Source of the DNA: Macrostomum lignano | Lineage: Eukaryota | Assembly (NCBI GenBank): GCA_002269645.1 | Contig: NIVC01000380.1 | Span: forward strand, 1 to 64,000 | Length of the DNA: 64,000 nucleotides | Direction of reading: 5' to 3' | Shown here: positions 12,183 to 24,830 of the stretch, one piece after another | Position numbering within the stretch: the stretch's first letter is position 1 | Layout of the letters: each line of letters begins with the position of its first letter | The notes under the pieces: generated by a model | The model's input: the letters and a program-made list of their open reading frames with translations, nothing else | Databases searched by the model: none | What the model was told of the DNA's origin: nothing | Translations under genes and position numbers: made by a program

Positions 12183-15100
12183 ATGTCCGGCCAATTTGGC
12201 TCTTGGGAGCAGCTGGACTGCCTGGGCTGCGGTGGACAGGCCAGAGTGTTCAAAGTGCGCACTGACCAAGGTGACGTGCTAGCGGCGAAGTACTTGGATT
12301 TACCACCTGGCGAGGAAACTGCAGCGTCAGCAGTGACAGAAGCCAAACTGCTTGTAGGCCTCTGTCATCGCAATATTGTCCAGTTCGCCGCCACCAGGTT
12401 CGATCCCGCGGTTGGACAGCGCTTAATTCTGTTCACAGAATTTATCGAAGGCCAGACGCTGCGCTGCATCATCAACGGTCAGCCGTTGGAGCAGGCGAAG
12501 ATTCGAACCTACAGCTTGCAGGTCCGTGGGTTCTAGATTTCGTTTTACAACACTGAGTTGGACTAATAATATCTTTATAATCTTAGTAGTGCCACTGAAT
12601 GAACCCGTTTGGCCAAACCACTGTGATGACGCATCATAGAACAGCGTATCTTAATGTCGGTTGGAGTCGTAGGGAAGTAGACAGAATGGGTGTGCAATAT
12701 TCTGGATGCGTCATCTTGTCTTGTTGTCGTGTCCTCTTCTTCAACAAGCGATAGACAGTTTACAAAACACAGGAAAATTGGATTATGGCTTACCTAGCTA
12801 CGACACGAAGAGCCGCATTAGCCATCGTAGATTTTTTGTCGAAGACCAAAACCAAAAGTTACGTACGATAGAGAACTTGTAAATTTCTAACGCCAAGTAC
12901 CAAACTTTACGCAAATACAGCTAGCCGAGGCGCTCAACTACATCCACACTCGACGACCGCCTGTGATTCATCGCGACGTCAACTGTAACAACGTCATGAT
13001 TCGACCAGATGACACGCTTAAGCTGATCGATTTCGGTCTGTCCACCTGCCTGCAACCGTTAGAGGACGCGTCCTCAGCTTGCGGCTCAACCGTGAACTCA
13101 ACGGCAAGCTCCCGGCATCAGTTAGGCACGGTGGGATTCCTGGCACCTGAAATTCTCTACCGGAAAGAGAAGCTTGGCGTCGCACAGTACAGCGCTCAGT
13201 CGGATATTTGGGCGTTCGGCTGCACAGTTTACCAGATGGCTACGGGCCAGGCGCCTTATTACTCATCTCAGCCAGCCGTCTACATCTACAGAGTGGTGAA
13301 GCAAGGCGCTCCTCAGCTACCCAAGGCCGCTTATTCCGAGGAGCTGCGCCAATTCTATCACGGCTGCGTGTGCAAGGATAGGCGACGCAGATTCACCGCT
13401 GGGGACCTGCTGCAGCACAACTTCTTATTGTACAGGTTCGTTGCAAAAGTCCTTGGTTCATTGTTGGTTGCTTTAGGTCTGCTAGGCCATGGTAACTAAT
13501 TAGTGTTGTTAATATGGCCCGCCTTCCGTTGAGCAGTTCAGCGGGTAAATGCATCCAACTCCTGCGCTACGGCCCAGATTCAATTCCTTGCGCGGTCACA
13601 ATCATTTGCAGCTCGTCAGCACGAGACTTTGCCGAGAGGGTTGTCGTTGTCGCGCGCGATTCGCAGCCATGATAGACAACAACCACGGCACAGAGTGTTT
13701 ACTTGCCTAATGATTAGAAAGTCAGGGAAGCTGTACACCCTGTGTGAGCGGGTGTATGAGTGCGTGTCTGTGTGCAGTATTGGCATGCTTGAATGTGCTC
13801 AGGAGTCACAGGAGTGCTCAGAAGTGTCTACAGCCTCCTACAATTATTTATTTTATATATTTTAAGGTGGCAATTTAAAAGAACCTCCTGCTTTCTGTGG
13901 GCAGTAGGACTCTGCGCGGATGATGTAGCCTGTCAGCTGGAGTCTACGACGGCGCAACAAGTAAACTCTCGAGGGTGAAAGGGAGTGAGAGCAACTAACT
14001 CGAAAGCCGATTTTGATGATTGATGGTAGCATCGAATCAACTGACTCAACAAAATAAGAAATCCTGATCCAGAACTTTTACGCGTTGTTCAATCTTATTA
14101 GATTCTTTCGCCTTTAAACCAAACCCACTACACACTTTAGACCGGAAGAGCTTCGGGAGCTGCGCCAGCTTGTGCAGGACTACCAGCGCCAGTGCGCCGA
14201 GCAGACGCAGCTGCACGCACGCGAAAAGCAGCAGGCGGCTGAGAGAAAGCGCAAGAGAATTGCGTCGGCAAACGCGGAGGCGACGCGCGAACGACACCGA
14301 CTCCAAATTCGGCTGGCGATGGCTCAGAAAGTGGCAAAAAAAGCGGCGGAAAAACGTCGACGAGAGGCGGCGCAGCGAGCCAGGTAGAGCATTGTGACAT
14401 AAAACTTTGTGTAACAGACGACGAGAAAGTCTTTAGACCCTACCAGGAGTGAGTACGTGCTCAAGGGACAGCAGAAAGGTTATTACTGCTCTAAAACTTC
14501 TTGCTGGTTATCAGTTGTCTTGATTTGAAGCAGTGACCAATACCGGTAGACATAAGTAACTACCGATTAAAAGTCTCTAGATTAATCCTTGTTTAGTCCT
14601 TTTCTACCGACATGACAAAAAGAACCATATAATACATATTACAAGTGATATAATACGAGTTTTTTCGAATAAGCTAACACGAGTATAGTACATAGTAAAG
14701 GTTACATAGTACACGCACATTGTGCGATGAGAACCACGTACCAGCTGAGTAAAAATTCATAGCGACAACATTTAATTAAATAGGGAGAGAGCTCGAAGGT
14801 CTCGCATGCAGTCTGGCACGGATGAAGACGTGGATTTGTTGGCGACAGCCGCCGCGGAAGCTGATGAAGCTGCAACAGTGGAACAGCTGACCAGAGACCT
14901 CGCTGCTGCCATGGACACTTTTCGTCGGGATCTTCTGGCAGTGGAGCTAAGACTCTCGGAGCAGCTGCTGCAGCTGGACACTGAGGAAATTGCTGAGCGT
15001 GCTGCTCAGCAACTAGAACTGGACACAAAGATGCTCATGCTGAAGAGTGCTGAAGCGACTGCAAAGTTCGATAAGGTAAGTGTCTTACTTAGACCGTTGA

Positions 15101-16290
15101 CTGATGACGCTTGAACCGGGAAAAGAATCGAACAAAATTTTCAACGCGCAATGAGAATTAATTAATACGTTCGTAAGCTTTTGTGTTGAAGGTGCGACAG
15201 TCACAAGCTGTTCAGGGTGGTGTTGCCCTGCAGGTACTGGTGCCTTGAGAAACGGCCGTGACCTGAGAGGGTCGTGGGTGGCAGCCCAGCCTGGATGCTT
15301 CTGGAGCTGATGAGAGGGCTGGGGAACAGCGCCTCAGTCAGAATACTAAAAAGATGTGATTAATCGTTGATTCTTATTCTTGCATTGTTGTCCGAAATAC
15401 AGTGCATTTTTTCAGTGCATCTTGAACGTGATCACTAGTCTTAAAAAATAAGTACCAATCGCGCGCAGGAACTGGAACGGCACCGACGCGAGGTCGAATC
15501 GCAGCGCGCCGCGCAGCTTCGTTCGCACGCTCTCGAGCGGCGCTGCTGGCAGCGTCAATTAGAAGCCGAGCGCGCTACCAGAGCTCGGCAATACCGTGAG
15601 AGTTTAATCATGGCGACCACGCGTCGCTCTGGTGGCTCAAACGCCGAGTCCGATGGCGAGGCGGCAGCGGAGACGGCCAGACTAGCCGACGAGTTCGCGG
15701 ACTCGCCAGCAGAGCTGGAGCGGGTCAGGCTGGGCATGGAGCGGCTGGAGGAGCGCTTGGCCAGGTTAGCTGGGATCAGCGTGCTATGCCTGACTGCGGC
15801 TTGACGTGCTGGAGGTGGCTGTGCTGCGGCCTGCCTGCTTTATATTGAACTATTTGTTATCGATCGGCATACTCACCGCACCCCCCAACCCGCGCTAGCA
15901 AGTACATGCAGCGAGAGAGAGAGAGAGAGAAACCAAAACAACGCAATCCAGCCCCGCCCCCAGCGCGCACGCAGGCCAAGCTATCACAAAATCTACAGTA
16001 GTCTGGATCCCTCGTTCCCTAACAACAAACACAGAGAAAGCGACGAGCTTAGCAGTCGAGCAGCGCGGACCGAGGAGCATCTCCGCCAGGAGCTGCAGGA
16101 GCGTCTCGACCGGCTGTCGCTGCTGGCGGCTGACAAGCGTCGACAGCTCGAATCGGAGAGAACGCGCCGATTGACCGAGGCGCGCGAGACAGCGCGTCGG
16201 CGCCGTTTAGAAGCGGAAATGGCGGAAGTCTATGCCAATGGTGCAGGAGTGACTAGCAATGGAACCTTAATCAACTCTAGCGAGCACAAA
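12183..16290 (+). CDS. Ser/Thr protein kinase (MAP3K/STE-like domain) with predicted long coiled-coil C-terminal tail
   Basis: Kinase exons 12183-12521 (LGCGGQARVF, AAK, LFTEFIEG) and 12921-13435 (IHRDVNCNN, LIDFG, GTVGFLAPE, SDIWAFGCTVYQM). Phase-compatible GT-AG exons 14141-14383, 14784-15075, 15469-15764, 16035-16290 add an A/R/E-rich helical tail (total at least 647 codons); possible last exon 17349-17405 or read-through to TAA at 16297-16299. Kinase call is strong; joining to the tail is inferred from phase only. Confidence 0.8.
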
Positions 16291-16359
16291 GTAGGTTAAA
16301 GTATGTACAGTGGATGCTATACTTGAATACGGTGGTTTTCAACTGGGCAGTGAGGAGGA

Positions 16360-16800
16360 GGTGCCTTTAATGTACAGTCAGTCTAGAAGGGTTGGGAAAA
16401 TCTATGGGGGTGGGTGCTTTTAATGTACAGTCTAGAAGGGTTAGGAAAATCTATGAGGTGGGTGCTTTTAATGTACAGTCTAGAAGGGTTAGGAAAATCT
16501 ATGAGGTGGGTGCTTTTAATGTACAGTCTAGAAGGGTTAGGAAAATCTATGGGGTGGGTGCTTTTAATGTACAGTCTAGAGGGGTAGGAAAATCTATGGG
16601 GTTGGTGCCTTTAATGTACAGTCTAGAGGGTGCTTTTAATGTACAGTCTAAAAGGGTTAGGAAAATCTATGGAGTGGGTACTTTTAATGTACAGTCCAGA
16701 AGGGTTAGGAAAATCTATGGGATTAGTGTTTTTAATATACAGTCTAGAGAAAATCTATGGGGTGGGTGTCCTCAATGTACAGTCTAGAGGGGTAGGAAAG
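16360..16800. repeat. 48-bp tandem repeat (TTTTAATGTACAGTCTAGAAGGGTTAGGAAAATCTATGGGGTGGGTGC)
   Basis: ~9 copies; explains ORF 16392..16787. Confidence 0.94.
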
Positions 16801-18344
16801 AAATGAATATGAAGGTAAATTTTGACAAAAATAAAGTTTCAAATCACTTCCGTTCCGTCATATACCCACATAAGAACCTGGGGTATCAAAGTGGAAGGAA
16901 TACTGGATAAAATACATGTTGCTTCAAATTAATATCACTGTTTGATTATAAAACATGCATGCAAATTTTGTTCTTCCTAACTATATCAGATTCTAGAAAT
17001 ATAAAATGTAAACAAAATTGATTGGCATCCTGTTTTGTAAAAAATAAAACAAACAACAACAATTTTTAATACGATTTTGCTAATGTAACTTTAATAAGTT
17101 ACGCATTCAAAAACAGCAATACGGTATAGCGTTTTATTTTATTTTCAACATTTCAAACAAACTTTTTCTACGCATACGGTAAAACAAATTTAAAATAGAA
17201 AACGCATCGCACAGGGCACGCATTTTTACTCAGAAAAAATAGTCAGCAGTAAAAATCTTCAGAGATAAAACCTTTTTTGCAATATTTTGCTCTCGAAAAC
17301 TAGTAGATTTAAACAAAACTTTTTCTAAACAAGGTTTTCTCTACGAAGCACCAGGCGTTTGTTCTGTCGCAACCCCAGACAGACGATCGCGCAAGAGATT
17401 TTTGAACGGATTTTCTTTCTGCTGCCTAACAAATAAGCGATAACATATAGGATAATTTGCTAACTACTCTACTAACTACTACGACGTAAGTAGCGTACTA
17501 GGGTTTTACGACTATATTAGTTAAAAAATCTAAACCTCTAATGCACAGTATAAATAATTTAAAATAGTGAAATTCGCGTAGAGTGTAGAGAAATACAAAA
17601 ATATACTACTTATAGTAGTCGATCATTGTACATTTTAGAAAAATATATTAAAACAGAACAATATGACAACGAATCTTTTAAGTGAAAGCAAGCCGCAGTA
17701 AACTGGTTGTACTTCTGCATACATAAGCAATAAGAATTCTTGAAAAAAGACAACATAACTGAAAAAAAATGATAAATAATAGGATATGATCCTCTAAATT
17801 ATTTGCCTCTAGTTATAAAAAATTAGACAAATTAATAAGCGCAATATATTGATACTCAAAGAAAAAAAGGACAACAAAAATATGAAACCAAATTAAAATT
17901 CGCACTCTAAAGTCTAAAATTACAATTAATAATTGTCTGTTGCGTAATCAACTAGAGATAACAGGCCAATAAATAAATCTGTCAGCCAGTGCTGCAAAAC
18001 GGCACTGATTGGCCTAATTGAGAGTTGATTTTGTTGAATTAAGGCACACCTTTGAGGGTAAGGGACAGAAATTAGGTTTAGGGTTCTGGGGATCGATTCC
18101 TGGTGTCGCAACAGTAATTTGACCGACTTAGTGCAGGAAAAAATGGTTTTAGACAGAGGCCCACAAGGTTCAAACACGAGGTTATAGATATAGGCACAGC
18201 CTGTGACGATGCACAGAAATTCACAGGGCCGCTGTTCACCCTGTGTGATCCTGTACCTATGTACCTATCTGTCTGCGAGTTCAGGAGATCGACTGTCACC
18301 TCTGATTAGCGGCAGAATACAAAATGGAGCTGCGAACTAACTCA

Positions 18345-18790
18345 TAGGGAGATGGTGAGATAAGAGGGAGAGATGGTGAGATAAGAGGGAGAGATGGTGA
18401 GATAAGAGGGAGAGGGTGAGACCAGAGGGAGAGGGCGAGATAAGAGGGAGAGGGTGAGATAAGAGGGAGAGGGTGAGATAAGAGGGAGAGGGTGAGACCA
18501 GATGGAGAGGGTGAGATAAGAGGGAGAGGGTGAGATAAGAGGGAGAGGGTGAGACCAGATAGAGAGGGTGAGATAAGAGGGAGAGGGTGAGATAAGAGGG
18601 AGAGGGTGAGATAAGAGGGAGAGGCTGAGATCAGATGGAGAGGGTGAGATAAGAGGGAGAGGGTGAGATAAGAGGGAGAGGGTGAGATAAGAGGGAGAGG
18701 GTGAGATAAGAGGGAGAGGGTGAGATAAGAGGGAGAGGGTGAGACCAGATGGAGAGGGTGAGACCAGATGGAGAGGGTGAGACCAGACGG
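18345..18790. repeat. Purine-rich 19-bp minisatellite (AGAGGGTGAGATAAGAGGG)
   Basis: ~23 copies just downstream of the DUSP stop codon. Confidence 0.95.
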
Positions 18791-18920
18791 AGAGAGTGGA
18801 GAGGAAGAGCTGACGGCAGTCACTTAGAGCTCAATCAAAAGCTCGACAAATAAACAACTCAAAAAAATTCTCTCCACAATCCCTCAGCTACGAGAGCTTC
18901 AGGCCCTCAGCCAGCAGGCA

Positions 18921-21254
18921 TTAGTACCGGGACAGCAGAGAGGTTCTGCCGCCGTAGCCATTTCTCGTCCCAGCAGTGGCAGTTGTTGAAGCAGACGGCA
19001 TCCACAGGCCGCTGGACTGCAATTCATCTTTGTAAACATCCGGCACCAGGCCAACAGGGCTGGTGACCATTCGGACGGACCGAATGCCGAACAGGCGCTC
19101 CTCGTAGTCGCACAGCTGCCGCCAGAAACCAACATTGGGTCGAATATAGGGACGGCGCTGCTTGCACAGGTCGTGCGCTTGGCGCAGATTCAAATTGCGA
19201 TATTTCATTAGATAGGCAAGCACCAGGGTAGCCGACCGGGACACACCGGCCATGCAGTGCACCAGAACATTGTTCCCGCGACGGATCTCACCGTTGATAC
19301 GGTCGGCCACGATGTCAAAGTAGTTACTTATTCTGGCATAAGGTGTGTCGTCCACGGGTACCTGGGGTGCATTGCAGAATTGGTGGCTTCGAATGCGTTG
19401 TAGAGTTTTTAGTGTACAGTCAATGGTACATTAGCTGCCATCAATGTACATCTAATGTACAGTCAAGAGAGTCAAGGGTCTTTAATGTACATCTAAGGAT
19501 GGATTTCTTCAATGTACATCTGAGGGTGGATGTCTTCAAAGTACATCTGAGTGTGGATGTCTTCAATGTACATCTAAGGGTGGATGTCTTCAATGTACAT
19601 CTGAGTGTGGATGCCTTCAATGTACATCTGAGTGTGGATGTCTTCAAAGTACATCTAAGGGTGGATGTCTTCAATGTACATCTAAGGGTGGATGTCTTCA
19701 AAGTACATCTATGGGTGGATGTCTTCAATGTACATCTGAGGGTGGATGTCTTCAAAGTACATCTAAGGGTGGATGTCTTCAATGTACATCTGAGTGTGGA
19801 TGTCTTTAATGTACATCTAAGGGTGAATGTCTTCAATGTACATCTAGGTGTGGATGTCTTCTATGTACATCTAAGGGTGGATGTCTTCAATGTACATCTA
19901 AGTGTGGATGCCTTCAATGTACATCTGAGTGTGGATGTCTTTAATGTACATTTGAGTGTGGATGTCTTCAAAGTACATCTAAGGGTGAATGTCTTCAATG
20001 TACATCTGAGGGTGGATGCCTTCAATTTACATCTGAGTGTGGATGTCTTTAATGTACATCTGAGTGTGGATGTCTTCAAAGTACATCTATGGGTGGATGT
20101 CTTCAATGTACATCTAGGTGTGGATGTCTTCTATGTACATCTAAGGGTGGATGTCTTCAATGTACATCTAAGTGTGGATGCCTTCAATGTACATCTGAGT
20201 GTGGATGTCTTTAATGTACATCTGAGTGTGGATGTCTTCAATGTACATCTAAGGGTGAATGTCTTCAATGTACATCTGAGGGTGATTGCCTTCGATGTAC
20301 ATCTGAGTGTGGATGTCTTTAATGTACATCTGAGTGTGGATGTCTTCAAAGTACATCTAAGGGTGGATGTCTTCAAAGTACATCTAAGGGTGGATGTCTT
20401 CAATGTACATCTGAGGGTGGATGTCTTCAATGTACATCTAAGGGTGGATGTCTTCAAAGTACATCTAAGGGTGGATGTCTTCAATGTACATCTGAGGGTG
20501 GATGTCTTTAATGTACATCTGAGTGTGGATGTCTTCAAAGTACATCTAAGGATGGATGTCTTCAATGTACATCTAAGGGTGGATGTATTCTATGTACATC
20601 TAGGTGTGGTGTCTTCAATGAACATTTAAGGGGTGTTTTCAATGTACGTAGAGGTGATGGGTGTCTTTGTGCACATTTAAGGTTGGATAGCTTCAATGTA
20701 AACAGTAAATCCAAGGGGGTGTCTTCAATTAGTGACCCAATAGTTACTAATTATTTTTAATTATTGAAAAAAATATACTCAAATAGATCAATAAAACATA
20801 AATAAATAAAAAATAAGCACACCTGTAGAGTGTCAACTCCAGCCAGTCTCACTGGTGGCACATCAATGGTAGCATTAACCACCAGCTTAATCCCCAGCGC
20901 TCTCAGGCGGGCATCCCTAACCGGATGGGCGCTGCACAGGTACAGATGATCCGTGATCTGAGCTACCTGAGTGAAGATACCAGCAGAAGCTGACGCGTCC
21001 AATGCTGCAGTTACTGATGAAGAGCTTGCGGACGAATTAGATAACAGATCGTTATAGCCAATATTGCGACTGCCTAGAGTGCCGAAACGACTGCTGCCGC
21101 TGCTACTACTGCTAGTACCATTGTTAGTAGGAAATCTGCCATACTGAGAATTAGTAGTTGAATATCGATACTGACTACTTGATGTTGGCGTAGGCATTGC
21201 AGAAGAATTTCCTGCCCGAGGTGCGTAAGGAAACCTAGTCAGGTAGCTGCTCAT
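18921..21254 (-). CDS. Atypical dual-specificity phosphatase (DUSP14/18/21-like, no rhodanese domain), 290 aa
   Basis: Exon 1 20823-21254 (S/T-rich leader then AQITDHLYLCS..GIKLVVNAT), phase-0 intron, exon 2 18921-19361 (VPVDDTP, VLVHCMAGVSRSATLVLAYLMK, RRPYIRPNVGFWRQL). Confidence 0.93.
19475..20630. repeat. 27-bp tandem repeat (GGATGTCTTCAATGTACATCTAAGGGT), ~42 copies
   Basis: Fills most of the DUSP intron; the 428-aa ORF 19343..20629 is its stop-free frame. Confidence 0.97.
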
Positions 21255-22039
21255 GATTGCTGGTAAACTTTTCTAATTAATTTAAGGTTAAAACCAACGG
21301 CCTTTAAGCACACATAAGCATGAAATAGGAATTTGAAATAATTAGAAATTCTTTAATAAATACAGACAAATAATATCGAATAAGCAATTTTATGCCAATA
21401 CAGTCAAGTCTAATAAGAATTCTGTAATGAAATTAAAAAGTGATGTTCTGTTCTTTTAGTTTTAATTGTCATAAAGATATTTCAAATTAATTCCAATATG
21501 CCATGTTGGCTTCTCACTTGAATATCATGTTCCTTAAAAAAGTTCATCTGTGAAACAAGTCTTACCCAATAGTGCTAAACCATCTCCTATTAATTATTGC
21601 CTACCAAAATATAAATCACAAAAACTATTATTTAAAATAGTATACAGTTCAGTTTTATTGTCAGGCATATTCACTCTATACCTTTAGGGTTGGCCCTCAA
21701 CCCTTATAGGTGTGAATTGCATGATAGCCTAGACTGAGCAGCATTTTTATGTAACACAGTGGTCTCCTGGACATATCATTTTAATATAACTTACTTGTAA
21801 AAAAATTGTCTAAAAACTTTGAATTGTGAAATCTAACAATGAATTCTAGATAACACTAGCAATCTTCGCCCCCCGATGGGGGACATCTGGATAGAATCCT
21901 TGTTCTTTACAAATAACAAATAGACAGCGAAATAAAGCCTTCATAAAACAACAGACATCCATATACTAAAAATGAAAATCTTGCTTGCTTGTAGACAGCA
22001 AGCATCCTCAGACAGCATTCAAGCATCGATCCCCAAATA

Positions 22040-22410
22040 GCAAGCATCCCCCAGACTGCAAGCATCCCCCAGATAGCAAGCATCCCCCCGATAGCAAGAA
22101 ACCCCAGATAGCAAGCATCCCCAAGATAGCAAGCGTCCCCCAGATAGCAAGCATCCCCCAGATAGCAAGCATCCCCAGATCGCAAGCATCCCCCAGACCG
22201 CAAGCAATCCCTGATAGCAAGCATAACCTGGATACAAAGAGACCTTATAGATATCTAGCAACCCCCTCTCAGATAGCAAGTACCCTCCACCCCTCAAGAG
22301 CGAGCATCTCCCAATAGCAAGTTACCCCAGTAGCAAGCATCCTTCCGATAGCAAGCATCCCCCTGATGGCAAGTATACATCCTTAAATAGCAAGCATCCA
22401 CCAGAGAAAA
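22040..22410 (+). repeat. 18-bp minisatellite (CAGATAGCAAGCATCCCC)
   Basis: ~18 copies; same unit in reverse orientation at 34770-35090. Confidence 0.93.
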
Positions 22411-22454
22411 AGTAGCTAGTGCAACAATTTCCTTAGCTTTATAGTGGCTCCATT

Positions 22455-24235
22455 TGTTTGGCATGACACCTCTTTTATATTTAAAATGGTCTCTCTTTTA
22501 TGTTTAAAATGGTGGCTTTTTAATGTTTGACATGGTGGCTCTTTAATGTTGACATGGTGGCTCTTCTATGTTTGACATGGTGTCTCTTCTATGTTTGACA
22601 TGGTGGCTCTTTTGTGTTTGAAATGGTGTCTCTTCTATGTTTGACATGGTGTCTCTTCTATGTTTGACATGGTGGCTCTTTTGTGTTTGACATGATAGCT
22701 CTTTAATGTTTGACATGGTGGCTCTTCTATGTTTGACATGGTAGCTCTTTAATGTTGACATGGTGGCTCTTTGTGTTTGAAATGGTGTCTCTTCTATGTT
22801 TGACATGGTGGCTCTTTTGTGTTTGACATGATATCTCTTTAATGTTTGACATGATAGCTCTTTAATGTTTGACATGATAGCTCTTTAATGCTTGACATGG
22901 TGGCTCTTCTATGTTTGACATGGTAGCTCTTTAATCTTTGACATGGTGGCTCTTCTATGTTCGCCACGGCGGCCCTTTTATGTTTGAAATGTTGTCTCTG
23001 TTATGTTTGACATGGTGGCTTAATTCTGTGACATGGTGGCTCTTTAATGTTTGACATGGTGGCTCTTTTTGTTTGACATGGAGTCATGTATATGTTCGAT
23101 ATGGAGTCACGTATATGTTTGACATGGTGGTTTTTTTATGTTTGACATGGTGGCTCTTTTATGTTTGACATGGTGGCTCTTTAATGTTCGACAGGGTGGC
23201 TTTTTAATATTTGAAATGGTGGCTCTTTTATGTTTAACATGGAGTCACGTATATGTTTGACATGGAGTCATGTATTTGTTTGACATAGCAGCTCTTTTCT
23301 GTTTGACATGGTGGCTCTTTAATGTTTGACATGGTGGCTCTTTAATGTTTGACATGGAGTCACGTATATGTTTGACAGGGCGGCTCTTTTATGATTGACA
23401 TGGTGGCTCTTTAATGTTCGACAAAGTGGCTCTTTTATGTTTGACATGGTGGCTTTCTGACATTCGACATGGTGGCTCTTTAATGTTCGACAAAGTGGCT
23501 TTTTTATGTTTGACATGGTGGCTTACTGACGTTCGACATGGTGGCTCTTTTATGTTTGACATGGTGGCTCTTTGACATTCGACATGGTGGCTCTTTTATG
23601 TTTGGCATGGTGGCTCCTTTATGTTCGACATGGTGGCTCTTTTATGTTTGGCATGATGGCTCTTTTAAGTTTGACATGGTAGCTCTTTTATGTTTGATGT
23701 GGTGGCTCTTTTATGTTTGACATGGTGGCTCTTTGACATTCGACATGGTGGCTCTTTTATGTTTGGCATGATGGCTCTTTTAAGTTTGACATGGTAGCTC
23801 TTTTATGTTTGATGTGGTGGCTCATCTATGTTCGACATGGTGGCTCTTTTATGTTTTACATGATGGCCCTTTAATGTTTGACATGGTGGCTCTTTTATGT
23901 CTGACATGGTGGCTCTTTAATGTTCGACATGGAGTCACATATATGTTTGACATGATGGCTCTTTTATGTTCGACATGGTGGCTCTTTAATGTTTGGCAGG
24001 GTGGCTCTTTTGTTTGACATGGTAGCTCTTTTATGATTTATTTGGTGGCTCTTTTATGTTTGACATGGTGGCTCTTTTATATTTGACATGGTGGCTCTTT
24101 CATGTCTGACATGGTGGCTCTTTTATATTTGACATGGTGGCTCTATAATGTTTGACATAGTGCCAGTTTTATGTTTGACATGGTGCCAATTTTATTTTTG
24201 AAATAGTGCCACTTTTATGTTTGACATTGCGCTTC
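22455..24235. repeat. ~23-bp minisatellite (TATGTTTGACATGGTGGCTCTTT), ~75 copies
   Basis: Direct inspection. Confidence 0.96.
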
Positions 24236-24239
24236 TTTT

Positions 24240-24830
24240 ATTTTTAGCTTTTCGTGTTTTTAAGGTGTTTTAAAAAAAATTTTGGCACTACTAAGATTCG
24301 AACCCAGGTTGCTACATTAGCAGTCCAGTCTGTTCGCATCTATGCTATCTCTTGTCAATTGGAGAACATGAATTGTGGCCCTTATAATTCAGTACTTACA
24401 GCAAGTCGGTTAGAGTAAAATGTTATGACATAATCAATTTCTCAGTCAGCCAGTATCAGTGTCAATTTAAGTTAGCAATATTGTTACGCAATTTCAATCA
24501 AGTTGTGTGTGCATTTCTTCGGCACTGTTTTCAATTTGTTGTGATGCAATCTTTTTAGCAGAATTGAAATTCAGTCAGTCAATGTTTTCTCTAGCATTCT
24601 TACAATGCATTTCAAGTCGAAAATTTTGCTTGACCTTTGCAAAAAAGCATGTTTTTCGAATATTTAATCCCTTTAATATTGAGCAATTTCTTAGCCAAGA
24701 TGCATGTACCGTCCCAGGAAAATTTCTGATCGAATGGTGCAAGTTTGAAGAAAATCGGTTGAGCCGTTTTTTCTAAAATCTATCGCATAGCTAGATAGAT
24801 ACAGACAACTCATTTTTAGTATATAGGAAG
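24240..24830. mobile_element. Probable non-autonomous repeat (Helitron/HINE/DINE-like) containing a tRNA-derived segment
   Basis: Minus strand 24283-24349 has GGACTGCTAAT (tRNA-Ser(GCT)-like anticodon loop) and GGTTCGAATC (B box) followed by a T run; 24740-24830 (aagtttgaagaaaatcggttgagccgtttt..agatagatacagac..ttttagtatatagg) resembles 3' ends of such elements from memory only. Confidence 0.4.

Noticed and set aside
13500-13980. Extra kinase exons between 13435 and 14141
   Set aside because: Several weak acceptors but no phase-consistent exon with recognisable sequence; a direct splice already works
19343-20629. 428-aa ORF (VDVFNVHLR repeats) and overlapping minus-strand ORFs
   Set aside because: Stop-free frame of a 27-bp (multiple of 3) array inside the DUSP intron
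24283-24349. Functional tRNA gene
   Set aside because: No acceptor/D-arm pairing for a cloverleaf; kept only as tRNA-derived
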